Shown here piece after piece: positions 1 to 18,780 of a stretch of DNA of 64,000 nt. The DNA comes from the human T2T-CHM13v2.0 reference genome, Homo sapiens. How positions within the stretch are numbered: position 1 is the first letter of the stretch; each line of letters begins with the position of its first letter. Below the pieces are notes generated by a model. That model saw nothing but the letters and a program-made list of their open reading frames with translations. It had not been told where the DNA came from and ran no database searches. The position numbers and the translations under genes are program-made. The DNA lies in assembly GCF_009914755.1 (NCBI RefSeq), contig NC_060928.1. The stretch is one strand, 5' to 3'.

Positions 1-203
1 TCATTAAACTATGGCTTCAGGCCAACTCTGGCCCACAGCTTGTTTCAGTTTATAGTATAGCCCTTGTGCTAGGAATATTTTTTTACATTTTTAAAGAGTT
101 GTTAAAGAAAAAGAAGACAGAGGTTTTATTTGGCCTGTAAAGTCCATCTAGCCTAAAATATTTACTATCTAGTCCTTTACAGAAAAATGTTTGCCAACTC
201 ATG
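1..203. mobile_element. hAT-Charlie MITE, MER58-like
   Basis: Ends with GCCTAAAATATTTACTATCTAGTCCTTTACAGAAAAATGTTTGCCAAC and starts with AAACTATGGC..GGCCAACTCTGGCCC, matching recalled MER58 termini. Confidence 0.65.
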
Positions 204-204
204 A

Positions 205-1745
205 ACTATAGTGATGAGTAATCTGTGGTATTTGTAGAGGGATAGAAAAATAGACCAATTGAGTAAATGGAGATCCCAGAAATCCACATGTATATAGGCC
301 TTTGTTATACAATAGAGTTGGTATTACAGATCTATGAGCAAAAGACATATTTTCCAATAAATGATACCCAATAATTGGTTATCTAGATGAAAAGAAAATG
401 AAAAACATAAGACCACTTATAGGTAATTTCAAGCAAAATTATAAAGATTCAGAAGATAATATAGGGGAATATCCTCCCAACCTAGAAGAGAGAAAGATTT
501 CTTAAACAAGGCACAAAGAAACATTAACCATAGAGAAAAACATGGATACAGTTAAGACATTAAAATTTGAATCTTCAAGTTATTGAAGTATATTATAAAG
601 TGAATAAAAAGACTAACCACAGAGGGAGAGAATCTACTTGTAATAACTGTATATAAAAAAGACTAATATTCAAAATAAATAAGTTCTTCCAAACGTTAAG
701 GAAAAGACAGATAACACAATGATAAACAGGAAAAAAACTGAACAGGCATCTTACAAAATATAAATCTAAGTGACCAATAAATATACTAAAATGTGCTTAA
801 CCTCATTAACAGAAAAAAAATTAAAACCACAACAAAATACTATTACACACCCACCATATTAGCAAAAATAAGGCCGACAAATCAATGCAATGGGATTTCA
901 CATTTTCTGCTGATGGAACAGACACTGATCTAACTGCTTTGGATAACTGTTTGGGATTATTTCATACGACTGAAGATACTCCTACCTTCTGACCTAGAAG
1001 TTCCATGCTTTATTATGAACCCTGGATCAGAGATTCTAATGTCGCCCCCAGGACTATCAACATCACCTGTGAACTTAGAAATGCAGATCCCCATACCCCT
1101 CCTCAGACCTACTGAATCAGAAACTATGGGGGAAAGTACCCAGCAATTTGTAGGGAAATGAGCTCTCCAAGTGATTCTGATGTTAAAATTTGAAAATGCT
1201 GACAAACACTTACATATATTCCTACAGATGCATGTTCACAGCATTATTATTCAAAAGAGCCCAGACTGGAAACAACTCAAATTTCATCAACAGTCAAATG
1301 GGTAATAGAATATGGCACAGTCCTATAATGGAATATAACTTAGCAATAAAAAATGATCATTAGCTTCATGTAATAACATGGATCGATCTCACAAATATAA
1401 TGTTGAGAGAAGAGTAGATGCAAAATAAAACCTGCAGTATGATTCCATTAGTATAAAGTTTAAAAGTGGGCAAAATAAGCACTTGGGGAAAATGTTAAGC
1501 ACAGATTTTTTAAAAAAGCAAAGGATTTATTTATCATCATTAAACTCTAGGTGGTGTTTATTAGTGAAGAAATATCAGTAAGGCAATGGCAGAAGTAATG
1601 TTTTATTTGGGCAATAGAAATGTTCTCTTTCTTGTTCTGGATAGTAATTATTTAGATGTTTGCTTCATAATTATTTTCAAAATGTAAACATATTTATGTA
1701 CTCTCATAGATAGATAATTGATATATCTCCCAGTTAGAAAAAAGC
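205..1745 (+). mobile_element. Old L1M (L1ME-like) ORF2 3' part and 3' UTR relic, interrupted by MER5A
   Basis: Degenerate L1 motifs in order: GATAGAAAAATAGACCAATTG, ATTAAAACCACAAC..TATTACACACCCACC, CTGGAAACAACTCAAATTTCATCAACAG, ACATGGATCGATCTCACAAATATAATGTTGAG. No ORF. Confidence 0.75.
1028..1201. mobile_element. MER5A-like hAT MITE
   Basis: CATCACCTGTGAACTTAGAAATGCAGAT..CAGACCTACTGAATCAGAAACT..GTGATTCTGATG; CAG...CTG termini. Confidence 0.8.
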
Positions 1746-2820
1746 AGACACATATACATATACAAGGTCTATTTATACACAGAATCTAAGGACACGGCAA
1801 TCTTCATCCCAGAGATAATACATGTATGTTCTCAATAACTTGATTATCCATATGAGGTGCTCTTTAAATTCTGTCTGTTGTTATCATTATTATATTACAA
1901 GCTTTAATTGAATGCATTGAAGTTTTACTGCATTGAGTGTAAATTTTAAGGTATTTTCCTCTGCCCAGAAATATTTTTAAATTGCTCTTTACATTAAGAA
2001 AAACCCCAAGAACTCATAGCAAAGAGGAAATTGAAGATGTCTGTGTTTACAAGATGGGTTTTTGCTGAACATCTTGTTAGCGTTCCCCCTTTTTTAACTA
2101 ACCGTGAAAGCTGTTAAGAATGACTACAATATAGTTGCATGTCTCTAATAGAGAATGAGTTCAGTTTTTCTGCTTAGCTCTGATACTCAGTGGTAGATGA
2201 TAATGAATCCATAGGTGGGGGTCCCATTGCAATGACTAGGAGTTAGACCAGTGGATAAAAGAGAGTAAAATTTTGATAGTGGATTGGAAACTTTGCTAAC
2301 GAAGACCTGTTATTAAAAAATAATGCCAGACTCTAGAAACCTCCCAGCAACTCACTCTATCTAGCGTTACATGTTTAATCACCTTAGTGGAGTAGATTTA
2401 CTAGAATCTTTAGATGAAGTCATGGAAACTTTGATAGACTTTTCCAACCACTCTGCCATTTCCTTCAGCAACAACATGACTCTAAAGACTGGTGACTCGT
2501 ACACTGACCGAAAACTAACAAACAGGTTGTGTGTGAGTGTAGGGGGTTCTGGATGCCAGGACAGAGAGAGGCCAGATCTCAAGCTAACAAGTTTCCATCT
2601 TCAGCGGCATGTGAATAATTAGGTAATGATGCTTTCCTCTGTGGTCTCTGAAAACAGTAGAAGTACAGTGCTAATCTCCACTGTAGAAAAAAATTATGCA
2701 ACCTTTGGTATTTAAAGCTAGTCTGAAACCAGAAAACAAAAACTGAAATAAAACACACTCCCACCACTTCTTTGTCATCAAGGCTTTAATACGATAAAAA
2801 TAACTTGCTTGCTCTCTAAC

Positions 2821-2962
2821 GAGGAATGGGCTCTCACCGGATCCTAACCATATATCCCACCCTGATTTTGGACTTCCAGCCTCCAGAACTATGAGAAATA
2901 AACTTCTGTTCTTTAAACCACTCAGTTTGTGACATTTTGTTACATCAGCCTGAACTAAGACA
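2821..2962 (+). mobile_element. MaLR LTR 3' fragment (MLT1A-like)
   Basis: GGACTTCCAGCCTCCAGAACTATGAGAAATAAACTTCTGTT ... AACTAAGACA terminus. Confidence 0.8.
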
Positions 2963-3624
2963 GTAATATAAATCATAATATATGCATTTTTGTGTATATA
3001 TATGTATATTAAGTAACCTGATATCTAATTCAATACACTCGCTTCATAAATGGAAAGCCAGTTAACTATTCTTAGCCACTAAAAATCTTTTCGTATATTA
3101 TTTCTTAAGAATACACTTTTCTCTCATTCTCTAAAAAGGAGCATTATATTTAGCCAAGAGAAAATTTTGTTCAGAATGTTCAGACTTTTGCTATCCACCC
3201 ATCTGTTCTCTAGTATTGGTGATCTCTCAGTACCTGCATTTTTTACAATGAAGACAACATTGTTTCATGTTTCTTCAGTGGTGGTTCGTCTCTTTTCACA
3301 ATTGATGAGTGAATTTGTGTAAAATATTACAGAAGTGTAATATGTTACAGTGGCTTAGGGATGATTTAAAAAAGTAAATATTTATGTACTTATAAAAATG
3401 CTGAAGCAATACTTATTTCTTTGCTGACATATAATATTTTTTAACTTATTTCTTGTCTTAGATTTTCTGTTACTCTTGCACCTATGCCCAATGTGGTTTT
3501 TAAACAAACAAAGAAAATTGTGAATAAAGCAATATTACATAAGAAACATAAGATCTGATTATCTTCATTAATATGAGGGAGTACATAAAAATGCATATAT
3601 CTAGAATAATTAAATCACAAGAAT

Positions 3625-3770
3625 AATAATGACAGCCTTAGCATATACTTTACAAATACATCCTCATTTTGTCCTATGATTTAATCCTGACAAGATTCAT
3701 GTATTAAATACAACATATTATTGGTATCACCATTTGTTTTTTTCCTGAGGCTGAGAGAAGCTAATCACTG
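3625..3770 (-). mobile_element. Degenerate MIR
   Basis: Weak core match: ACTTTACAAATACATCCTCATTT ... CTGAGGCTGAGAGAAG. Confidence 0.35.
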
Positions 3771-4267
3771 CAACAAATGGTATTATAAAATATAATATTT
3801 TAATATATTAATGCTTCTGATATCAAATTAACATTAATGTGTATTGTTTATAGAAAGTTTATGCCAAGCTTTTTGGAAATGTTTAGAAGTGGCCTGAGGT
3901 AACCCAAATAAGAAATCATCAAGAGTACACCAATAGTTTCTTATTTCTCCCTTCCAAAGCTCATAAGGAAACTTGGAAAAATTTCTTTCCACACTAACAT
4001 GATACTAGGAGAAAAAGATTTTAGTATATGTGCCTCAAAAGAGAAAACACAATTTTAACATTGACACTCTTCTATCTCTAACAATTTTTAATTTTTTAAA
4101 AACTTCAATAGTGATGGTGATAAACAGCTGTTTGAGAAAAATGTGACTTTTGTCTGTCTGGAATGTAATAAGGAAAGGGAAACAAATAAATCGTGTGTTC
4201 TCAGTATGTTCAGATTGCCATAAATCTAGCTGATGTAATTGTTTTTGTACACATATAATGACCATAA

Positions 4268-4351
4268 AATATTAACTGCAAAGTGTTTAACTAAAGTTAC
4301 AATTTTAACAATATTACCTGCAAAGTGTTTACCTACATCTACATTTTTTAC
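4268..4351. repeat. Diverged 42-bp tandem duplication
   Basis: AATATTAACTGCAAAGTGTTTAACTA (4268) and AATATTACCTGCAAAGTGTTTACCTA (4310). Confidence 0.8.
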
Positions 4352-4528
4352 AGCATCCAATATTTAATGCTGTAAGTATTCAATTCTACACCATTCAATG
4401 GGAAGATGAATGAGGCATTGTATTTACACAAATTTTCAACAATGTATTATTTCATTTCCCTGTGGTTTTGAATTATTCTGTTATGTGGATGGAAAAATAG
4501 TTGATTGAGAAAAAATAATCTGGTTTGA

Positions 4529-4870
<342 letters not shown>

Positions 4871-4894
4871 TCTGAGTTTATTTTCTATGAAATA

Positions 4895-5270
4895 ATAAGT
4901 ATTGCTTTGTACAAAGAAACAAACTACCCCAAACAGTGCAGTAAAATTACCATTTCATTGGTTACTAGATTCTGTGGGCAGCAGTTTAGACAGGATATAT
5001 CAAAGTTGGCTTCTCTCTGCTCCACAACATCTGGGACACATTTGGTAAGATTAGAAGGGTGGGGAGACTCGATGGCTGGAATCATGTGGAAGAGTCCCCT
5101 CCCATTTCAGACTGATGCCACCTGTCAGATGAGACTCCAGTTGGGCTGTCAGCTAAAGTACTTCACATGATTTATTTATGTGGTCTCTCCATGCAGGTTA
5201 GTCCGGGCGTCCTTGCACCATGGCAATAGAGCTCCAAGAGTGACAGCACTGCAAGAAGGAATACTCCAAG
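4895..5270 (-). mobile_element. MaLR LTR (MLT1G/H-like)
   Basis: AACAAACTACCCCAAA..GATTCTGTGGG..GGCTTCTCTCTGCTCCAC..GGCTGGAATCAT..TTGGGCTGTCAGC pattern. Confidence 0.7.
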
Positions 5271-5729
5271 AAGAGAACATTCCAATTATCAGGTTAGAAC
5301 TTAGTTAATCAGACTGAGATTTCCAAAGTGGGAGTTAGGACTGCCAGTGGTGCATGGAAGAGTCTGAGAAAATGCTGTCCTCTTACCTTAGATAAACATG
5401 TCTGTGACGTGTAATGGGATCCATCCTGATAATATGAAGGAGTATGGGCAGTTTATTCTAGAAATCAAGGTCTGGGCTTCCCAAATAGAGTGAGCAGTAT
5501 GGAAGCTTCTGGAGGACTGCTCCTTCTATCACCATAAAGCAGCATAAAAGTGAGCCCAGATGAGAAACACTAGCACCGTTGGTTCCTTGCTCCTCCTTTG
5601 CTGTGTTCTCTCAGTTTCTAGTCTTTCTGAGACCCACTATCCTTTTCCTCTCATTTCACCTCAGGCCCCAACTCCCATGGTCACACCCTAGACCATAACT
5701 TCACACTGCTTCATTTAAAAAATATTTCA

Positions 5730-6030
<301 letters not shown>

Positions 6031-6804
6031 TCAATCCATTTTCCCATTGTCTGGTCACAACCTGTTTCATGGTTAGCTGTTCAGATAACCTGATTATGAC
6101 CATTCTTTAAGGCAGTCTAACCTCTAGCCTATTGATCTCTTCATTTTTTTTCCATTGTGTATCAACTGCCTCTTGTCTTCACTTCCATTCTTGTGAAGAA
6201 TACTGTCTATGGTCACTTGCTGTAATCAATCCATCGTAAACACCTACTACTTTCCTGCCCATCTCTCCCTCCATAGCACTAGCTTGCCAATACACTAGCT
6301 CTGAAAATCATCAACCATCAACACTTTCTATGTCAGTAGCTAAATATAGCTATAGAAAGGGCGCAGTCAGTCAGACCCATTTTATTCCAAATCCATGATC
6401 ACAAACTTCCAATTTATTCTTAGCACTATTTGGCAAACCTGCTATTTTCCCATCCTTTGAGGAAACTAGTTAAAATCTTTCTTGTCTTCTCTTATTTCCA
6501 TAAAAAGGCTTATCCATCCTTCTCTTACCTGTAATCTCAGAATATAATCTGAGAAAATGAAATGCATCAGACCCTCATTTCCCATCTCCAAAACTATAGC
6601 CTGTGTTTATAAATGCACTTATCCTCTTTGCTCCATTTGAGAATAGGCCATTTCTTCTATAACACTCTTATAAGGTGTGCTGTAGAGCTCATCTCTACAT
6701 TCATACACACATTGCCTTTTTGATCATCTGATATATTTCTTCCATCATCCATCTCTCCCTCTCTACTCAGTCATCTCCATCAATATACAGACATTCACTA
6801 ATAT

Positions 6805-7005
6805 TTGAGAATAACATGATGATTACAGATTGATCTCTGGAGTCAGACTGCCCAGCTTCAGGTCCTAGATTCACCATTTGCTAGGCTAAGCTCCCTCACT
6901 TATAAGTGTGGATATTATTACAATATAACATAGCATCATTGTGGAGAATAAATATTCTTATATGTGAAGTGTATAGGAGAAAATACATGGTTTTTAGCTA
7001 TTATC
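6805..7005 (+). mobile_element. MIR
   Basis: CTCTGGAGTCAGACTGCCCAGCTTCAGGTCCTAGATTCACCATTTGCTAG core; ends TTAGCTATTATC. Confidence 0.7.
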
Positions 7006-7744
7006 AACGTAGTATTTCCACTCCTAAAAATTGCCTCACTTGACCACACAAATCATCTCAGTTACAACCCTTTTCTTCTGCCCCTCTCCACAACTAAATT
7101 TCCCTACAGAACTGTCAACATGACGCCCCCAGGCACACCTCCCATACACTCTTAAATCCACTGAAATCTCATTTCTATCCCACTATGTCACTGGAATTTC
7201 TCTTTAAAGGCCATCAAAAATCTCTTTGTTGCAAAAGTTAAGGCCCACTATTCTGTACTTATTATACTTAATGTAACAAGTCAACAGCATAACAGTGTTG
7301 AAAATGCCCCTTTTATCAAACAGTGTTTCTCACTTGGCTTGCATGACAACACATCCTTTTAGCTGTCTTCCTACCTCTCTGGCTGCTCTATCTCAGACTT
7401 TTTAAAAACCTCCTTCTCTACCTAATTTCTAACTTTCACATAATGAAATTTCTCTGCTCTATATACACTTCTTACAAGGAGGTTGTTTCTACATACCATT
7501 TATATTACAATGACTTCCAAATTTATTTTTCTCTAGCCCCGGCATTTCTTCTAGAACTCTAGATCCATATATTAAGCTGCTCAACAATTCAAAAGTATAT
7601 AAAACTTAACATGTTCCAAGACTAAGCTTTGACTTCTGTTCCATTCTGTATCTATTCTTCTAATCTTTGTCAGAGTAATAAAGTAACCACACAGCTGCCC
7701 AAACCAGAGCTCTTGGTATCATGCTTGATTTTCTCTCTCTAATC

Positions 7745-8187
7745 CAGATATGAATTAAAGCTCTAGATAAGTACTTGTGTACATATGATTTATTGAGATG
7801 ATGCTCTCAAGCAAAAGGCAATGAGAGAAACAGGATAAGGCAGGGCAACAAAGTAAATAATACGTGTTCTCAGGTGGAATCTACCTGCAGTCTGATCCCA
7901 TGCGGAGCTCTGGAGCATAACTTGCTCTCATATTTGCCCCTACCTCAGTCAAGGTGGCTGACCTTAGTTACCACCATGTAAACTTCTTATTGGCTTCAGG
8001 CTTCCCTACAGTGGGGAGGGGGCATATAACTTCCCAGGGAAATCTGCTGCCTTTCTGCAGAGGACAATTCTCTGGCAAAGGAGAAAACTGTGATCTTTGC
8101 CTGCCAACACTGAATGCAATTGAGGGTGCATTCCTTGGCCCAATAAAGGGCAACTGACTGGGCAAGACAGCAAAAGTATGCAACACA
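7745..8187 (-). mobile_element. ERVL LTR (LTR16-like), 3' LTR
   Basis: GATTTATTGAGATGATGCTCTCAAG..GATCCCATGCGGAGCTCTGGAGCATAA; ends ...CAACACA next to the reversed polypurine tract GCTCACCCTTGCACCACTCAGAT. Confidence 0.65.
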
Positions 8188-9345
8188 GCTCACCCTTGCA
8201 CCACTCAGATATGCTTGTGTCTATCCATATAGGTGTAGCTTCACAGGATTCTGGTTCATCACAAGTTCAAACTACAGTTTCTGCTGCGGCTGCTGCTGCT
8301 GCTACTGCTCCTGCATTTGGTGTGGAAGTTATAACTGTTATTCATCATCTCCCTCTCCATCACCACCACTCACTCTCATTTCCTCTGCCTTGTAACTAGC
8401 ACCTCTTCTGGATTAGGTGGTTTATCTAGTGGAGTAAACCCAACCCTCATCTGTGTGGGGTCTGAGGGTTAGGCCACTGTGTCCTTATTAGGCCATAGTT
8501 GCCCTACTTGTGCCTTTTCAGTTTAAACTGCAAGGCAAAAACAAAAGATGACTCTGTAGAATACTTAAGTGACAAACACATTCCTCCTTGCTCTCATTAT
8601 GCAGCAGCAGTCCTACCTAGTCAAAATGAAGGGGCAAAACTCTCTTGCTAACATTGGTAACTCCTTTCTTTGCCTGTTGGCCCACCAGTGTGAAGACCCT
8701 AGTGTGATCGGATGACAACTGTAGCTTTGAGTTTAAAGGATGATCTCCATTATGTTCCCCATGTAAGTGTGACCCTTCAGGAAGCCAAGGTTTTTAGTTG
8801 TGGACATAAGAAGTGCAAATCCCTCGAATTAGTCACTGAGAGAGGTGGTGAGGGGTCCACTTCTACCTTCACTTCTTGGTTCCTGCACTACTGTGTTCTA
8901 TCTTATGGAAACATAAGATCATATAATGGTCACGGTTTAAGGAGTATACTGCATCCTAAAGGAGAGAACCTAATTCCTGAAGGCTGTCATCTCAAAGTTT
9001 ACCTCAGCTATACTTTCAAGAGGTTGTGCTCAAGCTCCTTCAAGCTGATAGCTTCTGATCAGTGCAGTGCATAGGGGACCAAATTGCCTGTACCCAACGC
9101 CTCACCTCCTTTGATTGAAGACAATGTTATATGGGATGCCATGTTAGTAGGTCAGACACTCTGTGAGCCCTTAATTGTTAGTTCCCAGATGAGGTGTGGT
9201 GGCTAGAAAAGGCAAACCCACATGTGGAATATGTATAAATCCAAGTTAGGGTGAATAATTGCCCATTCCAGAGTGGAAAGGGTCTTATATAATCAACTTG
9301 TCACCAAGTAGCTAATCTCCCTGAACAATGATACTATATCAGAGG
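8188..9345 (-). mobile_element. ERVL internal region (ERV3-16A3-like), decayed integrase core and 3' part
   Basis: Minus strand near 9200-9310 reads TGGTGACAAGTTGATTATATAAGACCCTTTCCA..ATTTATACATATTCCACATGTGGGTTTGCC, a decayed WQVDYIGPLP..IDTYSGYGFA integrase motif. Confidence 0.8.
8281..8314. repeat. Imperfect (CTG)n trinucleotide repeat
   Basis: CTGCTGCGGCTGCTGCTGCTGCTACTGCTCCTGC. Confidence 0.85.
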
Positions 9346-9607
9346 CGCAATGTTGGTTTCTTTTTTTTTTCCTTTTTTTTTATGATTATTATTATTTTTA
9401 TTATTATACTTTAAGTTTTAGGGTACATGTGCACATTGTGCAGGTTAGTTACATATGTATACATGTGCCATGCTGGTGTGCTGCACCCACTAACTCGTCA
9501 TCTAGCATTAGGTATATCTCCCAATGCTATCCCTCCCCCCTACCCCCACCCCACAACCGTCCCCAGAGTGTGATATTCCCCTACCTGTGTCCATGTGATC
9601 CCATTGT

Positions 9608-12695
<3,088 letters not shown>

Positions 12696-12758
12696 TATGA
12701 TGTTAGCTGGTTATTTTGCTCATTAGTTGATGCAGTTTCTTCCTAGTCTTGATGGTCT

Positions 12759-13776
12759 TTACATTTTGGCATGATTTTGCAGCAGCTGGTACCGGTTGTT
12801 CCTTTCCATGTTTAGTGCTTCCTTCAGGAGCTCTTTTAGGGCAGGCCTGGTGGTGACAAAATCTCTCAGCATTTGCTTGTCTGTAAAGTATTTTATTTCT
12901 CCTTTGCTTATGAAGCTTAGTTTGGCTGGATATGAAATTCTGGGTTGAAAATTCTTTTCTTTAAGAATGTTGAATATTGGCCCCCACTCTCTTCTGGCTT
13001 GTAGGGTTTCTGCCAAGAGATCCGCTGTTAGTCTGATGGGCTTCCCTTTGAGGGTAACCCGACCTTTCTCTCTGGCTGCCCTTAACATTTTTGCCTTCAT
13101 TTCAACTTTGGTGAATCTGACAATTATGTGTCTTGGAGTTGCTCTTCTCGAGGAGTATCTTTGTGGCATTCTCTGTATTTCCTGAATCTGAACATCGGCC
13201 TGCCTTGCTAGATTGGGGAAGTTCTCCTGGATAATATCCTGCAGCGTGTTTTCCAACTTGGTTCCATTCTCCCCATCACTTTCAGGTACACCAATCAGAT
13301 GTAGATTTGGTCTTTTCACATAGTCCCATATTTCTTGGAGGCTTTGCTCATTTCTTTTTATTCTTTTTTCTCTAAACTTCCCTTCTCGCTTCATTTCATT
13401 CATTTCATCTTCCATCGCTGATACTCTTTCTTCCAGTTGATCACATCGGCTCCTGAGGCTTCTGCATTCTTCACGTAGTTCTCAAGCCTTGGTTTTCAGC
13501 TCCATCAGCTCCTTTAAGCACTTCTCTGTATTGGTTATTCTAGTTATACATTCTTCTAAATTTTTTTTCAAAGTTTTCCACTTCTTTGCCTTTGGTTTGA
13601 ATGTCCTCCTGTAGCTCAGAGTAATTTGATCGTCTGAAGCCTTCTTCTCTCAGCTCGTCAAAGTCATTCTCCATCCAGCTTTGTTCCGTTGCTGGTGAGG
13701 AACTGCGTTCCTTTGGAGGAGGAGAGGCGCTCTGCTTTTTAGAGTTTCCAGTTTTTCTGTTCTGTTTTTTCCCCAT
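12759..13776 (-). pseudogene. L1 ORF1p, inactivated
   Basis: MGKKQNRKTGNSK...LQNHAKM. One extra A in the A-run at 13561-13568 and a CGA>TGA stop at 13482-13484. Confidence 0.95.
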
Positions 13777-14682
13777 CTTTGTGGTTTTATCTACTTTTGG
13801 TCTTTGATGATGGTGATGTACAGATGGGTTTTTGGTGTGGATGTCCTTTCTGTTTGTTAGTTTTCCTTCTAACAGACAGGACCCTCAGCTGCAGGTCTGT
13901 TGGAATACCCTGCCATGTGAGGTATCAGTGTGCCCCTGCTGGGGGGGTGCCTCCCAGTTAGGCTGCTCGGGGGTCAGGGGTCAGGGACCCACTTGAGGAG
14001 GCAGTCTGCCCATTCTCAGATCTCCAGCTGCGTGCTGGGAGAACCACTGCTCTCTTCAAAGCTGTCAGACAGGGACATTTAAGTCTGCAGAGGTTACTGC
14101 TGTCTTTTTGTTTGTCTATGCCCTGCCCCCAGAGGTGGAGCCTACAGAGGCAGGCAGGCCTCCTTGAGCTGTGGTGGGCTCCACCCTGTTGGAGCTTCCC
14201 GGCTGCTTTGTTTACCTAAGCAAGCCTGGGCAATGTCGGGCGCCCCTCCCCCAGTCTCGCTGCTGCCTTGCAGTTTGATCTCAGACTGCTGTGCTAGCAA
14301 TCAGCGAGACTCCGTGGGCGTAGGACCCTCCGAGCCAGGTGTGGGATGTAATCTCGTCGTGCGCCGTTTTTTAAGCCCATCGGAAAAGCGCAGTATTCGG
14401 GTGGGAGTGACCCGATTTTCCAGGTGCCGTCTGTCACCCCTTTCTTTCACTCGGAAAGGGAACTCCCTGACCCCTTGCGCTTCCCAAGTGAGGCAATGCC
14501 TCGCCCTGCTTCAGCTCGCGCACGGTGCGTGCACCCACTGACCTGCGCCCACTGTCTGGCACTCCCTAGTGAGATGAACCCGGTACCTCAGATGGAAATG
14601 CAGAAATCACCGTCTTCTGCGTCGCTCACGCTGGGAGCTGTAGACCGGAGCTGTTCCTATTCGGCCATCTTGGCTCCTCCCC
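13777..14682 (-). promoter_or_regulatory. L1 5' UTR: internal sense promoter plus antisense promoter (ASP)
   Basis: CpG-rich 14230-14680; intact YY1 site CAAGATGGCCG (14662-14672, minus); RUNX3-type TGCATTTCCATCTGAGGTA (14585-14603, minus); AACAAA SOX-type sites near 14110 and 14208. Confidence 0.85.
14233..14541 (+). CDS. ORF0: L1 ORF0 (antisense ORF), open, 102 aa
   Basis: MSGAPPPVSLLPCSLISDCCASNQRDSVGVGPSEPGVG..RVGVTRFSRC matches primate L1 ORF0. Donor-like CAG|GTGTGG (14338|14339) and CAG|GTGCCG (14423|14424) are present. Expression is unknown. Confidence 0.6.
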   Translation: MSGAPPPVSLLPCSLISDCCASNQRDSVGVGPSEPGVGCNLVVRRFLSPSEKRSIRVGVTRFSRCRLSPLSFTRKGNSLTPCASQVRQCLALLQLAHGACTH

Positions 14683-14697
14683 GCAATGTTGGTTTCT

Positions 14698-15435
14698 GCT
14701 GTTGGCAGGTTTTATGCTCAGCAGCAGCAGTAGCTAGATCAACCATGATGAAAGGGAGCCCCAGGCTGTTGGGCCTATTGATAAGTTCTGTCTCTTTCAC
14801 CCTGACTACTCGTTCATAAGTCCTCTGTGCAAGCATAAGTGTGCAAGCACCACCTCTCTCAGTGTTGGCTGACATCTGGTGACAGAATAATCCTGTCTCA
14901 TTGATTATTAGTAGCTCTTCTGCAGTGGACACAAATATACAAAATAAACATCATTACACTTTGTGTCACACTTCCATAGATCCATGGGTCCACATGCCTC
15001 TCCCTCAGACCTCCTTATCTCTACTATTCCAATGTTGCCTCTTCCAGGCCTTTGACCAAACAAACCAGCTAAACCACTTTGGAACTGTGTATGAGTTGGT
15101 ATATATGTATATATCTAGCCACTTCTCTGACAAAACAAAGTGGTTTATCAGCCACACTGCCCAAAGCACTATCATTTAGGGGACCTCTCTTACCCCAGTC
15201 TTTTCTTGACTAGGGATATAAAGCAGTAGCACTGTATTTTTCACTTGCCTCCATATATCCAGCTGTCAACTAAGCTTGGGTTTTTCCCTCCTCCTTCAGT
15301 TGGTTGTAGGGGGACTACTGAAGTCACAGCAACGAGCCAAGGCAGAAAGCTTATATCTGTTTTCTGCACCTGATCCAGCTCAATTCTGGGTTTCCCACTC
15401 CCATTTAAAGTGGATCATGCTGGTCTAACCAGACC
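14698..15435 (-). mobile_element. ERVL internal region continuation (RNase H / integrase N-terminus relic)
   Basis: Minus ORF 14657-14932 ends LGLPFIMVDLATAAAEHKTCQQQKPTL, similar to the ERVL integrase GLPLTKADLATATAECPICQQQRPTL; collinear with 8188-9345 across the L1 TSD. Confidence 0.8.
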
Positions 15436-16744
15436 TTAAGAAATGTCCTCAATGCCTTGAATTCAATCAGTACTAATAATATGATTGTAATGTACTTACA
15501 CATATACATAATGATAAATAATCTCTTGTGTGCTAAAAAAAAAAGCCTGAAATTCTGAAATTATTTCAGACATTCATAATTCAGCTATAGATTCTTCAGT
15601 AATATAAAAAGATTTCATAAAATTGATGCTACATTAATGTAGCAATGTATAACATTATAAATATTAAATATTATGGTGGGTATAAAATGATTTAAAAAAT
15701 CATTAGAAATGGAAATGACATCTCCCTAAAAAAGTGTGTGCTATCTAGGATTGTGGTTATATCTTTTAATTTTCTTCAGGGTCCAAATATAATGTTTCCT
15801 CATTTTAGGCTTTAGTTTAGCAGTGGGAGTTTTGCTATACGAATGTGTACTCTCTCCTTGTTTTGATGCAAAGTGAAATTCATAGAATAATCCGGGACTA
15901 TTATCTAGTGAACTTGGTTCACTTATACAGCACCATTCAAATGGTGCTTTACATAATGATTACAAAGTGCTGCCAACTTTGTAATCTGAAACTGTTAACT
16001 GGCCACTTTAAAGATACTGGTCTTGATTTTTATGACTTTTCAAAAATAAAGGAGAATCCTAGAGCTAACCATGCTTAGTTCAATTCACTAATATATTCAT
16101 ATGAAGAAATGCAAGTTCAGAGGCAGCAACTAACTGACTTAAGCAAGATGACGGTCACAATTGGTGCCAGGGTTTGCAGGGCTACGGAAAAAAATTAAAA
16201 AACATTGAGAATTGAGAGGTTAAATATAAAGATAAAGAAGCTTTTCTACAGAGAGAAAAAGAAGTATTTTTCCAAGTATATCAAGTTATAAAATGAATGT
16301 AGAATCATTACTATTACTACACTTATTTTCTACTGTATAAACCTGACAAAGGTTAGCACTTTTAAAAACTTCCCCCTCGTATAAAGGAGAAAATGTGTTT
16401 TTCAAAATTTGAAGCCCAAAAAGAAAAAATTAAACAAAGTAGGGCAGATTCAACCTACATTTCTCAGCCAGGCAGATTGAAAGAAAGCGGCAAATATTTT
16501 CAGGGTAATTTTCCATCCATTGATTGTTAGTGCCCAGCATTACTATCTGGATCGCATAGTGTTATCTCATCTTAGTTCAGCTTCCTTGTCCCTACCAGTC
16601 AATTAGTCAAGTGATTTTTTTTTACCTTCTAAAAATGACATGAAGTATTTAACATAGCCATTCCGATTTTTCATTATCTTGAATTTTGTTGTTGTATTTT
16701 CAGCAGATCAAATTGGAGAACACTTGTATCTACAAAAAGCCAAG

Positions 16745-18780
<2,036 letters not shown>

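Noticed and set aside
2371-2622. 83-aa ORF / possible exon in unique sequence
   Set aside because: No recognisable protein similarity and no convincing splice pair; the length is expected by chance.
8178-8399. Poly-Ala / poly-His ORF resembling a transcription factor
   Set aside because: It arises from a CTG microsatellite and a CAC-rich patch on the antisense strand of ERVL internal sequence.
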